This document shows positions 1 to 13,534 of a stretch of DNA of 64,000 nt, one piece after another. The notes beneath the pieces were generated by a model. That model saw only the letters and a program-made list of their open reading frames with translations, had not been told where the DNA came from and ran no database searches. This DNA comes from Octopus sinensis. Its lineage: Eukaryota. The stretch covers positions 32,364,001 through 32,428,000 of the forward strand of contig NC_043009.1 of the NCBI RefSeq assembly GCF_006345805.1, written 5' to 3'. Within the stretch, counting starts at the first letter, position 1. Every line of letters starts with the position of its first letter. The translations under genes and the position numbers were made by a program.

Positions 1-900
1 CAGTCCAAGATACAACCATGATGTTGATTATATACATACTCAGTATATAGGCATCGAGGTTATTTTTGTCGATATCACTGCTTACACCTATCTCTCTAGC
101 GCTCTCTGTATATGTCGTTCAGTATATTAGGCTGCAGATTCCGCCAAGGTAGCACCGGTCTTCTGCAAACGTTCTGTTTGAATACATGTTTGTAAAACTA
201 AAGAAAATGGCTAGTATCACTTTGATACCATAAATACCACGTGGACTGAGCTGAATAATAGAGGAATAAACATTAAGAGGTCTTTCTCGAATCTCTCTCA
301 AACACTCCACCTTGCCTCATGAAATGAATATGTTCTAGATGCTCGCGAAACTTTAAGTCATGTGCAGCTGAGTAAAAGTATTATTAAAATATATGTACTA
401 AATGTACTGAGTGCTACTCTCTCATATTTACAGAACCAATCGTTTACATGTTTATTGCAATCTGACTGATCACCAACGCGATTGAGCACTCTCATATGGT
501 AGTCATTTGCTGTTGTTTATTAGAAAAAAATTCATAATTATTTTCTACTTGTTTATTATTTCTAGCACGTTTCTTTCCGTCTGCTGCGAGATTCATCAAG
601 GCGCAAAATACAGTAAATACGTGATCTGTACATGCAGTTCTTTAATCGATCATTCCGCTGATGATAATTACAGAATATACGACACAATGCCTACGCTCTG
701 AAACCGTTTTAATTCGATATTTATTTTAACACCTATCGTTATAGATTCCATTCTAAATACATAACAGCAGATTGATAAACACACAAACACACATACATGG
801 ACAGACACGCATCAGATACACTGAAACAGTTAGTGGCACTGGGTGAAGCTCCGCGATTCACTTCATCAGTGCTTCAAACAGGAATGGAGGTTCTCATATA

Positions 901-1037
901 GGCGCAAAATCACCAGTTTTTTCTGTGTTCAATCCCACAAACCATGCACACTTTGGGCAAGTGTCAGCTGCTAATGACCCGAGCCAACCAATGCCATGTG
1001 AATGGATTTCGTAGACGGAAACTCTAAGTGGCCCCTC

Positions 1038-1086
<49 letters not shown>

Positions 1087-1323
1087 CTTTTATTCATTTA
1101 GTTCTTCCAGTCATTTGACTGACGCCATGCTGGAGCACCATCTTTAGTCGAACAAACCGACCCTAAGACTTATTCTTTGTAAGCACAGTACTTATTATAT
1201 CGGTCACTTTTGGCTAACCGGTAATTAATGGGGACGTAAACACACCAACATCGGTTGGCAAGCGATGGTGGGGAGACAAACACAGACACCCCAAAATATA
1301 CATATACAAACATACATGCATAT

Positions 1324-1399
<76 letters not shown>

Positions 1400-1790
1400 C
1401 ACACTCATACGATGGGCTTCTTTCAATTTCCGTCAATTTAGTTGGCCTGGGGCTATAGTGGAAAACACTTGCCCAAGGTGCCACCAATGGGACTGAACCC
1501 CGAACCATGTGGATTGGAAGTAAACTTGTTACAACACAGCCACGCGCGCACGCGTGTTTGTGTGTGTGTGCGCGTCTGTGAGTGCACCTTTGTAGTTGTA
1601 TTCGTCTCCCACCACCTTTTGACAACTGGTGCTGGTTTGTTTAATTCACCCTAACGTAGCGGATCGGCGATAGAGATCGATACAATACGTACCAGGTTTT
1701 AAAATAATGACCACGATTGTCTATTCGCTCAACTAAATGCTGGAAAGAATTAGCATAGCAAGGCGGCAGTCCAATGATTAAAAGAAGTAA
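901..1790 (+). mobile_element. SINE family A copy (tRNA head, CORE-like segment, internal TA/TG microsatellite, 3' module), split by a nested antisense copy
   Basis: Head GGCGCA...GTGTTCAATCCC (B box)...TTGGGCAAGTGTC...GTGAATGGATTTCGTAGACGGAAACT at 901-1040. (TA)n follows, and the 3' module (GACAACTGGTGCTGGTTTGTTT...TAGCGGATCGGC...GCAGTCCAATGA) resumes at about 1590-1790. Family boundaries were inferred by comparing copies within the window. Confidence 0.7.
1087..1548 (-). mobile_element. SINE family A, full-length copy
   Basis: On the minus strand: TGGCTGTGTTG (A-box-like), GGGGTTCAGTCCC (B box), CCTTGGGCAAGTGT, internal (TA)n, then a tail ending GCTCCAGCATGGCGTCAGTCAAATGACTG. Colinear with the copies at 13535 and 43411. 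Confidence 0.85.
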
Positions 1791-2459
1791 TTGATAAAGG
1801 ATACTTTTTTAGACAACATTTTCTGAACGTTTGAAACAGTTACAAGTTGGCTGTTAAGATGGATGTCTGTATCGTTGAATATTTTTGGTTGTAGTGTGTG
1901 ATTTGTGAAGTGGCAATTGTCCAGGCAGTTGTAGCTACCCACTGCATTTTGAATGCTGAGGAATGTGTTGCGCAGGTTTTGTTAGGGAGTGTATTGTTAC
2001 TACTGGAAACTTCCTAGCAACATAGCTGTGCTAACATTTCAGCCACAAGCAAATTCCCGCTCACACATAGGCAGAATTCAATAATAAGTTTTAGATTGCC
2101 GAAATCCTTTTACATACTGACAGGAATGTACTGTTTTCGTTTTTTTTCTTCGGAGCGATATATAGTGACCAGCTATATCAAATATTAGTGAATTGTATTC
2201 TCCATTCTATTTCGAATGGAGAATACTTTGTCCCTCCCCAAAATCCCAAATCTTATTCCAGTTTGCGGTAGCAAGTGTTTCTTCGAAGGCACGTATTGTC
2301 GTGAATTGCTCGAAATGTGGAGTACATAAACAGCCGACAACTGATAAAGGATCTTTCTTTGTGTTACTTGTCTTGTATTCCATTTGTTTCTCTCGTTGTT
2401 CGCAAAGAAGTTTTAGTATTTCATGTTGTCTACGTTTTGTAATGTTCTATACCCATATA

Positions 2460-2506
<47 letters not shown>

Positions 2507-2518
2507 TATTATATATAA

Positions 2519-2561
<43 letters not shown>

Positions 2562-2568
2562 TATATAC

Positions 2569-2605
<37 letters not shown>

Positions 2606-2632
2606 ATATATATATATATAATATATATATAA

Positions 2633-2664
<32 letters not shown>

Positions 2665-2837
2665 TAGGTATTAGTACGGAAGCAGCATTTGTAACGAATA
2701 TTAGTTTGCACATCTAACTTTGTATCAATTCGAGATGATTTCTCAGGACGATTTCTGCTGCCTACGGCGTTCGAACAAACGCATCTGAGTTTAGTTGCAT
2801 GTGCAAATTAATATGCATTGTATCTATACACACACAC

Positions 2838-2918
<81 letters not shown>

Positions 2919-4073
2919 TCATATATATATATATATACATATATATACATATATACATATATATATGTGTGTTATGTATGTATGTATATGCATTTATATA
3001 TATATATGCACATTTATATATAACATATTATTTATGCATATATGTGTGACTTTTGTACGTGTTTGTGTGTGTCTTACTGAAAAACGGTCCAACTCCCTTG
3101 TCAAACTTTCACTCTTTTATTTACAATTTTTCACTTATTTTCTTGTTAATCTCTTCTGTTTCATCTTGAAAACTGTTTCGTTAAGACATTTCTAGATCTT
3201 TTACTATTTCGTTTGATTAAAGTATTTCCTCCGTATTATTATAGCTGTTATAATAAACAACAATCAGGAAACGCTCTTTTGTTTTCATTTCTATTAACAC
3301 TAGAACGTATATTTATGAGCAAAGATATTAGGTATGTTGATGCATCAAGATAAAGGCTTAACGTTTACGAGGATGCATAAAGACTACTAATCATCTATTT
3401 GTATATAGTGTCTGTTACTTCTTTCTTTCTACTTTACACCAGCTGCCTACTGATGTCTGATTATTTGTTGCTATGCTGCAGTAACTGCATAGTAACAGAA
3501 GAATTAGTTACATATTGTGTTCATACAGTGTATGATGTTTAATAGACGTTGTTTCTCTAACGTGTTTTTCCCCCAATAGTTGTTGAATAGAAGCTACATG
3601 TTGCCGGTTGTATAAACTCTAACCAGATTTTATTTTTGGTATATTTATAAGAGTTTTAAAATATTATTATCTGCTAACAGTACTATCTAGTAGTTTGTAT
3701 AATAAAAGATTGCAAGAGATTGTCTGTTAGATGTCACAGACAACAGTTGAGATAAAGATATTCCTCCAATGTTTTGAATTTAGAAGTAATCCTAATCATA
3801 TAACTCCGAAAAAAAAAACTCGCATGTGCATAGACACATTTGCATTTCTCCACAATAACCCTGCTTATAATAAAACCATCGATACACGACTGGCTCAAAA
3901 GTTGATTCAACCAAATAAAAAATATGAGAAAACATTGTAGATGGCGAAAATCTTGGAAGATTTCTATCGAAATGAAATTTTGAAGATTAATAAGTGAGTA
4001 AAAAGTATCCTGATAAAAAAGGAAATTTTGAAACAGGAGCACAGTTGTGTTTTAAATATTATAGTTAACACTA

Positions 4074-4222
4074 AGGCGGCGAGTTGGTAGAAGCGTTAGC
4101 ACGCTGGGCAAAATGCTTAGAGGCATTTCACCCATTTTTACGTTCTAGGTTCAAATTCCGCCGAGGTAGACTTTAACTTTCATCCTTTCGGGTTTGATTA
4201 GGTAAGTACTAGCTGAGTACTG
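4074..4222 (+). mobile_element. SINE family B (tRNA-like head plus Nin/Deu-like central segment), 3'-truncated
   Basis: AAGGCGGCGAGTTGGTAGAAGCGTTAGC...GGTTCAAATTCCGCCGAGGTAGACTTTAACTTTCATCCTTTCGGG...AAGTACT matches the copies at 11143, 35256, 49166 and 60050. Confidence 0.85.
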
Positions 4223-4990
4223 ACACTCTTTCCCCGATCTTGCTTGCTATCTGCCGCCAAAATATGAAGCCAATGGTATTGTTCACCATGCCCACAGAGA
4301 AATGTGTGAGAATGAGATATAATCAGTTCGCGATAGAGAAGCGACAATGGGTAATGTGTAATATTCTCGGTGTCCAGAAACACCAAAGAAGGTCCAAATT
4401 GACAACAAATGATTCAAGCGCATTACATATTGGACACCAGACTGCAGAAAACAGATCTCCTGAAATATGCTATTCCTACGCTATGCATATGTCATAAATG
4501 GGTTAGTCAGGGAGAGAAGGGTTGACTTCACGACTTGTTGACTTGTCTTAAGATAAATGATATTACCTTCGTGTTGGCAACAGCGCCAACACCACTAGTC
4601 TTCTCATTTAGTAGTGATGAATAGCGAAACGAATCAAATGTATCATCCTTGAGTGATGCATATAATGATACATTTAGTATGCGATATAAATATAAACTCA
4701 CAGTAAAAAACAGTAGCCGAGAACTAGAAGCAGCTAGTTGTCATTACAACGTACACATACATTTATACAAAATAACACACACACATTTATAGGCATACTT
4801 ACATACAAACATTCTTATATAAACATGCATACATACATGCATGCATTTCATACTAATAGGCGTACATACACGCATCGATTAACACATTGAGACTTGAAGA
4901 AATACGACAGAGGCCCCTTCTCGAGAAGACCGTGAATCTTTACGGGAAAGGAAATTTTGTGCGAGTAGAATGTGTTTAAATAAGTGTAAT

Positions 4991-5399
4991 GTTAGTTAGT
5001 TAGCTAGTTAGTTAATTTGGCTCAAAAGCAAATAGCAAGGCCATGTAGGGGGACATGGAGTTAAGTACAGGGTGGTGTTCATGTAAAGAGTTCAGGCCAC
5101 TTGAGGTCCAGGGAGGCTTTGAACAAAGCGGTCGTCGGCATCTTCACCATCTCGTTTAGCAGCTTGTTCCACGGATCCGCAACCCGGACGGAGAAAGCTC
5201 CTCTCCTTCGATTGAGATGAAATCGTCGCAGGTAGAGCTTTTCGGAATGACCCCGCAGCCGACGCTCTGGAGCAGGAGTGAAGAACAGCTCTTTCGAGAG
5301 GTTACACTTTCCGCTTATGATATTGTGGGCGAGAATGAGATCACCACGGCGGCGGCGTTTTTCAAGAGAATAAAGGTCGAGCGTCCTCAGCCTGTCTTC
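4991..5399 (-). mobile_element. CR1-clade LINE 3' fragment (ORF2 C-terminus, 3' UTR, (ACTA)n tail)
   Basis: Minus-strand frame 5399-5079 reads EDRLRTLDLYSLEKRRRRGDLILAHNII...RLRGHSEKL...FSVRVADPWNKL...FKASLDLKW*, the typical CR1 ORF2 end. A short UTR and tandem TAAC tail follow at 4991-5015. Confidence 0.9.
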
Positions 5400-6154
5400 C
5401 TAAAATAAAACGAAAATAGCATCGACCGTGCATTACAAAAACACCATACAACCTCATTAATGAATCCCATGAGACAGCGATTACAAACTATCAGAATAAG
5501 GCAGCATCTGGAAGATTCTGGTTTGTCAGAAATTTGTATAAGTTATATGTAGGGGGATATCATATCGATCTTTCTCAGCACGCTTCCAACAGAAAGGTAG
5601 AAACCGTTCTTATCACAAGGAAAATTTATCACATGGTGAAAAATATCTGAATTAGGAACTTACATTTGTATTCTAACAATAGAACTGAAAAAAATATGTG
5701 ATGTATTTCAGAAGTTCAGCATAGAGTATATAAAGTCCACGCGTATAGACTTACATATATTCAGGCGCTTGTACATGTTGACAAGTCAAAGCATTGGGCC
5801 ACATAAACATAGGTTGCACATATATGTAGACATATAAACATATATTCAAATACGAATGATATATATATACACAGGTGCATGCCGCATAGCGAGCAGGTTC
5901 TTCATAGTTCACATGACAATTCATACGTACCTCTATGTAATTGCAAACATATGTGTACGTGCATCTACATGCGTGACTGTTCCTCACACTCATGCAACAA
6001 CATGTATGAGTGGGGAGAGGCACGCTTCCTGGACCGGGTGAGGCGTTTTGTTGTCGAACAAAACAGTTCATTTAACTTCGCTCTAGTAAGTCTACTCAGC
6101 TCGCAAAAATGCGCAATCCTTCTTCAGGCCGGTGGAAATATCCATGTGGAAATA

Positions 6155-7446
6155 TCAGGTCATCCCATATGTTCTGTCCAATATTTTTGATAGAGAAAAC
6201 AAGTGAAGTGATCAAATGTTAAATTTAATTGAAATTTAATGATCAATGTACTTTCCCTGATTATCAGTGACTTTCTTCCATCTATTTACAAGCTTTTTAA
6301 TCCCATCAATGTAAAACTCTTTTGGTTTCAAAGCGAAGAACTCTGAAATGTCAGTTTCGACCTCCTCCTGGCTTGCGAAAGTTATTATCCCCTCCACCAT
6401 CCAATGATTCTGTAATATACGAAACAAATGGTAGTCTGAAGGAGCAAGGTCGGGAGAAAAAGATGGACGAGGAATTTTTTCCCAACCAAGCTCTTCGAAC
6501 TTCTGTGATGTGATCTTTGTAGTGTGGCATCGCGCATTGTCCTGATGAAACATCACTCCTTTTCGATTCACTAAAGCGTGTCTTTGTGCTTCAAAACTTG
6601 TTTCAAATGCTCTAATTGCTGATAGTAGACTTGAGCATTGATTGTTGCATTAGGTGGAAACAATTCAAAGTGAATTACCCCTTTGCATTCCCACCAGAAA
6701 GAGAGAAGAACGTTTTCCCATGAAGTTCCCTTCTCGGTTGTGGTTGATCTTTTCCCCTTTTATCAAGCCACTGCTTTCGACGTTTAACATTTCGATAGAT
6801 CCCTTTTTCGTCACCAGTCACAAGGTTTATCCAAAAAAGTGTGAAATGAGTTCGTGAGAATGGAGAGAAGAGCGGATGTCACCACAGGATTTGTGGTTGA
6901 TTTGGGACAATTCAAGAGGCACCCATTTTCCAAGTTTAGGAACCTTTCAAATTTGTTAAAATGACGACGAACAGTTGTATGGTATGAAAGAAGATTTATT
7001 GCCAATTCTTCAGCTGATAATGCAGGATTTTCTTCAAGTAAAGCCTCAAAGTACTTATCATCAAACTCAACTGGACGTCCTGTTTGATCTTCATCTTCAA
7101 GGCTGAAATCTCCACTTCTGAATTTTGCAAACCATCTTCTGCAAGTTCTTTCATTCAAGCATTCTTTCCCATAAACTGTGTGTATGTTTCGAGTCGCTTC
7201 GCTTTCAGAGTTTCCTTTTTTATATCCATAAAGCATTATGTGTATTAAATGCACTTTGGATACTTTCATGTTAGAAAGGGTTTTAATCAAAGAAATTTAA
7301 ATTCTATTATTCTGTAAAATAATATTTTATTAGTTTAAATGTACACAAATGCATAAAAATAATTTTTAATTCCATAAAATACTATTAAATTTCATTCAAT
7401 TTTTAAAAAAATGGTAAAATCGGACAGAACTTATGGGATGACCTGA
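6155..7446 (-). mobile_element. Mariner (DD34D) DNA transposon, full length (1292 bp), decayed
   Basis: 25-bp TIRs with 1 mismatch: TCAGGTCATCCCATATGTTCTGTCC (6155-6179) and GGACAGAACTTATGGGATGACCTGA (7422-7446). TA flanks both ends and transposase remnants lie inside. Confidence 0.95.
6236..7270 (-). pseudogene. Mariner transposase pseudogene (frameshifted)
   Basis: N-terminal HTH (KKGNSESEATRNIHTVYGKECLNERTCRRWFAKFRSGDFSLEDEDQTGRP), first catalytic D (VTGDEK near 6810), and HQDNAR...SPDLAPSDYHLF with 34 residues between the second and third Asp. Split across several frames. Confidence 0.93.
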
Positions 7447-7763
7447 TATATTCGTCACAGAATCCCAGCTTTATGAATATATGATCCATTTTTCTGGTTA
7501 TCGGTCTCTCTCTCTCTCTCTCACTCTTCATATATATATATATATATATCATACATAAATACAAATGTATACCTATATTTACACGCACGAATTATATTTA
7601 CATATGTCCATGCATATATATAAATACAGGAAAATATGTGAAAATGAAACGCAAACCAAGGCCGTCGTTATCCACGGTTCCCATTCACGAAAGCCAAATA
7701 CGGGGGCGGCGCCGTGGAGAATGAAATGACATAAAAGAAACAAACTAATATTATCATTACTGA

Positions 7764-7800
7764 CGGCAACCAGCATGGCCACAACTTCTAACTGAAACAT
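7764..7800 (+). mobile_element. Very short 3'-tail remnant of the LINE/SINE-A tail family
   Basis: CGGCAACCAGCATGGCCACAACTTCTAACTGAAAC resembles the LINE tail CCAGCATGGCCACAGCTCATTAGCTGAAAC at 26782-26811. Confidence 0.45.
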
Positions 7801-8218
7801 GTAACAGCAAAACACTTACACATGCACAAACAGACACGCACACATGTATGTAAATAAGCACGTGTGTGTGAGTGTGTGTATCTGTTTCGTGTGTGTATAG
7901 AATTTCTATATATATATACATACACAGATGTAATATTTTAGTGAAATTTCCATTATAGGAAATTATTGTATTTACTTAATGCCGTTTAAAGCTATCTCAC
8001 TGTAACGTCCACGAACTGAAATGATTGACTGTCAATGAAATTGTATACGTGAAAATCAATGTAATTGTCTTAAGTGTGTTGAAAAGAAGCAGGTGTGAGA
8101 TTTATATTAAATTCGCACTACACTATGGATTACTCTATGACAATAAATCAGCTCATTAATATGATTTTGGTTCCTCATTTGCTCAAATAACATAATTAAA
8201 ACTGGTAATGACTCTCAC

Positions 8219-8260
8219 AATTTCATATTCCCCTTCAGCTGGAACTCTGAAGCGTCGTCT
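8219..8260 (-). CDS. Candidate 42-nt internal exon of an unidentified gene
   Basis: Acceptor ttacttttctgtttag|A and donor TT|gtgaga. Open as RRRFRVPAEGEYEI (phase 0-0) or DDASEFQLKGNMK (phase 2-2). Short enough to be chance. Confidence 0.25.
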
Positions 8261-10851
8261 CTAAACAGAAAAGTAATTATTACACTCAAAAATTAAATGC
8301 AGTCTGTCATACAAGCATATTGTATTTCTGTTCACAATATACCAAAGATATGATATGCATCAATTAGGATTTCATTTCTATAGCAGATGTTTTAATTAGT
8401 TTGAGCCAAGTGTAAGGGAATGTATGAGCTAAATACGAATATTTTCGACTTTATTTTGTGAACCCAAGGAAAGCACTTTCCTTGGCACCAGCTGTTTAAT
8501 TTGTTAGAAATCGAGAAAACCTAGGTGTAAATTAATGCTGATAGCAAAGATACAGTTGGTTGTGAATCTAGTTAGAACTCTATTATAAACATAGTTATAT
8601 TCTATAATAAGAATTTTGGCAGAGATGATTCGAAGTGTCTAGTGTCAACGTGAATGACATCTTCACTATTTCGATGTGTATAATATATTCACAGATGTCT
8701 ACATAGTTTGTAGTTGTACATGTTGCAGACAACTGTTTGCCAACACTGCTCGAATGATTGTGCATCTTCAGTACTTATAACTGGATTTTGCGTGTCTACG
8801 AATTCACATATTATACCCATCATCCCCTGCTTTCTCTATTTTTTCTAACTGATTAGTAAGCATTTCTACACAAACCCACTTTAGCCCTGATTTACTTATA
8901 ATTCTCCTTACTATTGACTATGCAACTAAAATTTGTATACTCTGTCTCACAAAAGAATACCAAGTTGTTTGCACGAGCTTTCTGATGATCCCTTTCAATG
9001 CTGACAACTACAAGTTTATTCCGATTCAGGGAATTAAGGAAATATGAAAAGAAGCGATTACTTAAACCGAATATAACTGTAAACAAGCATTTTCCAATCA
9101 CAATCACTGCACATATGTAAATCGTACTCTGTTGTTATATGCTCAGTTTAGGGCATATATATAAATAACTCGTTTACTATCTACAAATTTGTACAGTTGC
9201 CAGATGTTATCCTATTAAACACTTCCTGTTTGTTTTTAGCCATCCCTGATGATTTTTAGTTCATGACATTACATTTGCCATTTAGATTCAAGAAACTATA
9301 AAATACGAACTCAAAAAATCGATGAGTTTTGAAACAAGTAAAATTTGGCGAGCAAAATTGTCGATATGACCTCGGAATTGAAACAATGTCTCCTTCAATA
9401 AAAACTACATTTTACTCTGCTCTTATGCCTCACATTTTAATGGGATGCTTTATATATTTATTAATTAAAATTTCGCAAGAATCTTATTTGATATATGAAT
9501 ATTTAAAATTGAGGTATGGTTCTGATGCTATTTAAGTTTATTTACATTTTACAAATTTATGTTATTGTTCTTCATTTTGTTGTTCTTTGCGTCATGTCTT
9601 CAAGTTTCCATATCATTTTTACAAACGGTTGTTGCTAAGATACAATTGCAATGAAATAGAAAGAAATCTGAACTGAATGCAACATCACTTTACTCTTCTG
9701 TGGACGCACATATTCAACACGGAAGCTGACATTGATGTCAAGGAATAATTTATTGCAATATTGAAATAGAAAAAAAAATCTGAACTCTTCTCTGATTAAA
9801 TGTTCGGAAATGCTTAACAAACAAGTGATATTTCCTTCCTTTCTTCTATGATGTGAGAGTTAACTCAGCGGCACTACATTGTTGTTTGCTTCTGAAACTA
9901 AGCGATAAAGAAACTCTTTATCTTAGTCACCCATACACTTCCTAGCATTTGGATTTCAAAGCTTTGATTTTCTTATTTTCTCTATCTTTTGTTTTCTTGC
10001 TAACAGCTTGCCATATTTATCATTTTCTACATTCACAATAGCATGAACTTAAAAATAACAATATACCCGCTTCTCTACGATTTTATGGATATATCTTTAC
10101 ACCAAACAAATGAATGAAGTGGTTCATATATATATACATATGTATGTATGTATATATATATATATGTGTATGTATATGTGTGTGTGTATAAACACACATA
10201 TATACATATGTATGTATATATAGACATACAAATATACGCACCCCTCTAATAATTGCTCTTCCCCCCTCTTTATTTTCCGATATATATATATGTATGTATG
10301 TGTGCATATATATACATACTTACGTATCTTTTGAGGTTCCATGTTGACCGCAAGTGTAGGACAAAATCAAAGACTCCTAGCACATGCTCACTCGTTTCGT
10401 CATTTTACCCTCAAATTGCTTCCTTTATTCGTTAAAACCGGTGTTTATTTAATCCTTCTCAGGAGAATTTATTTATTTACTTTTAATGAGGAATAGACTA
10501 ATGAACTATATATTCCTAACTGATTCATATATACTATAAGTTCCTGTTTTCCCCTAATATACCATATAGAAAGGCAAACCTAGACTAGCCGTATGGGCGA
10601 ACTAAATTATAAGAAAAGCTTTGTTTAGAAGATAATGTGCTAAGCTTTCGTTTTCGTACTTAGCTGCAATTCGATGAGTGGCACATTTAGTTGAATAGTA
10701 ATATTTGGAGCTAGATTTTGGATAGTAGAAATAATTTTGATCTCCCTAAATAATGGTAAAGTAATTGAACTCATACATATATTTGTGTGTATTGATATAT
10801 CTTGGGGTTTATGATTGTAAAGGTGCTTGTAACGGTTCAAGTTGCTGAGGT

Positions 10852-10900
<49 letters not shown>

Positions 10901-11142
10901 AACACATGCATATATGTGTGTCTGTGTTTATTTGTGCGCGTATGTAAGTGTCTGTGTGTCTGTGAGTATGTGTCTATATTATTGATGGACGTGTTCATGC
11001 CCTTACATACATACATGAAAGTAGAGGGTAATGTATTCAGTTATGTAAATAATCCTTTGACATATCTAGTGTTAAATTATTGGGAAAAACTAAAAAAAAA
11101 AATTGGGAAAGTATTAGCGAACCCCGACGGGAGCCTTAAATT

Positions 11143-11374
11143 TATTTCTTAATTTCCCACAGTCGGGGTACACATAGAGGTAACAAACAAAGACAGACAA
11201 GGGGTCTAATTCGATTACATCGACCCCAGTGCATAACTGGTACTTATTTACCGAACCCCGAAAGGATGAAAAGCAAAGCCGACCTCGACGGAATTTGAAC
11301 TCAGAACGTAACGGCAGACGAAATACCGTGAAGCCTTTCGCCAGGTGTGCTAACGATTCTGCCAGCTCGCCGCA
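11143..11374 (-). mobile_element. SINE family B, full-length copy
   Basis: Minus strand: GCGGCGAGCTGGCAGAATCGTTAGCAC...CTGAGTTCAAATTCCGTCGAGGTCGGCTTTGCTTTTCATCCTTTCGGGG...AAATAAGTACCAGTTATGCACTGGGGTCGATGTAATCG...TTGTCTGTCTTTGTTTGTTACCTCTATG tail. Confidence 0.9.
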
Positions 11375-12099
11375 CTGAATATGGGTGCCTTATATTCCAT
11401 GCAGATTAATTTGCAGTCTTACAAGAAAATGTGTTTAAAGTTAACAATCAATAAGACATGTTCAGAAAGGTCGATTTCATATAAAATATCATCAACGAAG
11501 CATGAATCTTGTTGGACCAGTGAAGGAAAAATTTTATGTATACAAGATAAAAAATAACTTATGAGTAATTTTGTCCAGAATAATTTACATACTTTCGAAC
11601 GCTAGACAATGGGAAATAACTAATGTTGCACTGATATTGATTCTTGTGTTCTATGCAAGTGCTAATGCAGTAAATGGCATGTGCAAAATATGTCTTAAGA
11701 GATTGTGAAATATATATTGTTTATGCGTAAATCGGAAGATGACGTCAAAGACTTGTTTGCGCATATATTGTATAGATAGTCAGTCATTTTGTGAGTCTAT
11801 TGATGGCTAATGAGGAGTATAGTATATACAGGAGAAGAATATCAAATTTTGAAATACTTTCAAATGAAATAAAACGAAGACTTGAAAGAAATGTCAAGTG
11901 AAGAAGGGTGCAGTAGATGAATGTATTTGCTTATCTAAGAATTGACTACCCGTTCTAGTACCCACCCACGCACGCACGCACGCACGCACGCGCACACACA
12001 TAAGTACACTACACGATGTTACTGTATCGCTCAGTTACATCAACACATGCGGTGCGTGCATAAATACACATATATACACAGGCACATGCTACACATGCA

Positions 12100-12157
<58 letters not shown>

Positions 12158-12279
12158 ATACATATATATACAGCTATACATATGCATAGCGACACGTGAC
12201 TGCGTCTTTGTGTTTCTGGAGAATATGTAACAATCACGTAATTACGTAATCTGATAGGAAACACTTTTGCACATGCTGT

Positions 12280-12320
<41 letters not shown>

Positions 12321-12725
12321 TAGAAAGTATGTACATATGAATGCTACTTAAGCCAAATACAAGCAGGCTTATACATGCATACATACATACATACATACAT
12401 ACATTATATAATTAGGTAAGCATGTATGAATGTATGCATGCATTTATATGAATACATGCATACATATATATATATATATATGTATATATAAGAATATATG
12501 CATACATGTATGTATATATATATATATACATATACATATACATACATGTATGCATATATTGTCATATATATATATATATATTATATATATATATTATATA
12601 TATATATATATATAATGAGCTTAGTTATTTACTTTGAAATTTTCAGTATCAAATTATAGCTTTTGGCTATTGTCTTGTGATTATACTACAATGTTGAATG
12701 ATATTGAAATGGTAAAATAAGATAC

Positions 12726-12858
12726 CCTAATCTGGAGAAGAAATCAACAGGAAGTGACATCATAGGTGCTAATTCCTGAACATTGTTCACATTCTCTGCG
12801 GCGTATTTCTCGACAAAATATTCCAATGTTGAAAGAATAGCTAACTTGTTTTCATGCA
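12726..12858 (-). CDS. Candidate 133-nt exon of an unidentified gene
   Basis: Acceptor ttatgtatttcag|TG and donor GG|gtatct. Only one frame is open: HENKLAILSTLEYFVEKYAAENVNNVQELAPMMSLPVDFFSRL (phase 1 to 2). Confidence 0.45.
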
Positions 12859-13534
12859 CTGAAATACATAAGTTATTATTTTGGAGAAATGTAATTTTCA
12901 AAAATATTTCTCTATCCATATATAGTAATTAGAATGTACACATTTTCAATATGTTTGTTTTATTATTAAAATACGGATATTTAGAATGTGTATTTACACA
13001 AACTGCGTAGTGCTGGTTATCAGGAGGTGTTGCACTATAGGTTGCAAGAGATTGCCGAACGTTTTAACTCTTTTCAAAAGAGCATTTTTATAGTCAGTCA
13101 TATCCTATGGTAGCGGTAAATCCGTAACCTCTGGGATAATAGGGAATATGTTTTCAAGTAATGTAGCGCAGACAAGATTTTAAAACTCATCTTTTTCTGT
13201 AATCTCATGTAAACATAAATCTTACCAGAAAACGTTTAACATTTCAAAAATGGGCAACTATCAAATATGCTCATTCTGCTAGTTTCCTTCATCCCTTTAA
13301 GGATACTCAGTGGTATTCATTACAAATAAAACGCAATGCTGGTGGCAGCAGAACGTGGATTGATAACGTTCCCAAATGATAATGCCTCATTTGACAGTTA
13401 TTTTTCTAATATTACATTCGGAGAAATCCATAGTATTTAAATTGTTTAGCAAGAACAGTGCTTATCAAGAAGTATTGTAAAATTAAGCACCAAATTCTAA
13501 CAACCAGTGTTGTTATATATTTTTTTCTTTTTTT

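Noticed and set aside
1480-1548. tRNA genes at SINE heads (also 4074, 11290, 13830, 49170, 52500)
   Set aside because: A and B boxes are present, but there is no cloverleaf and each continues into SINE body sequence.
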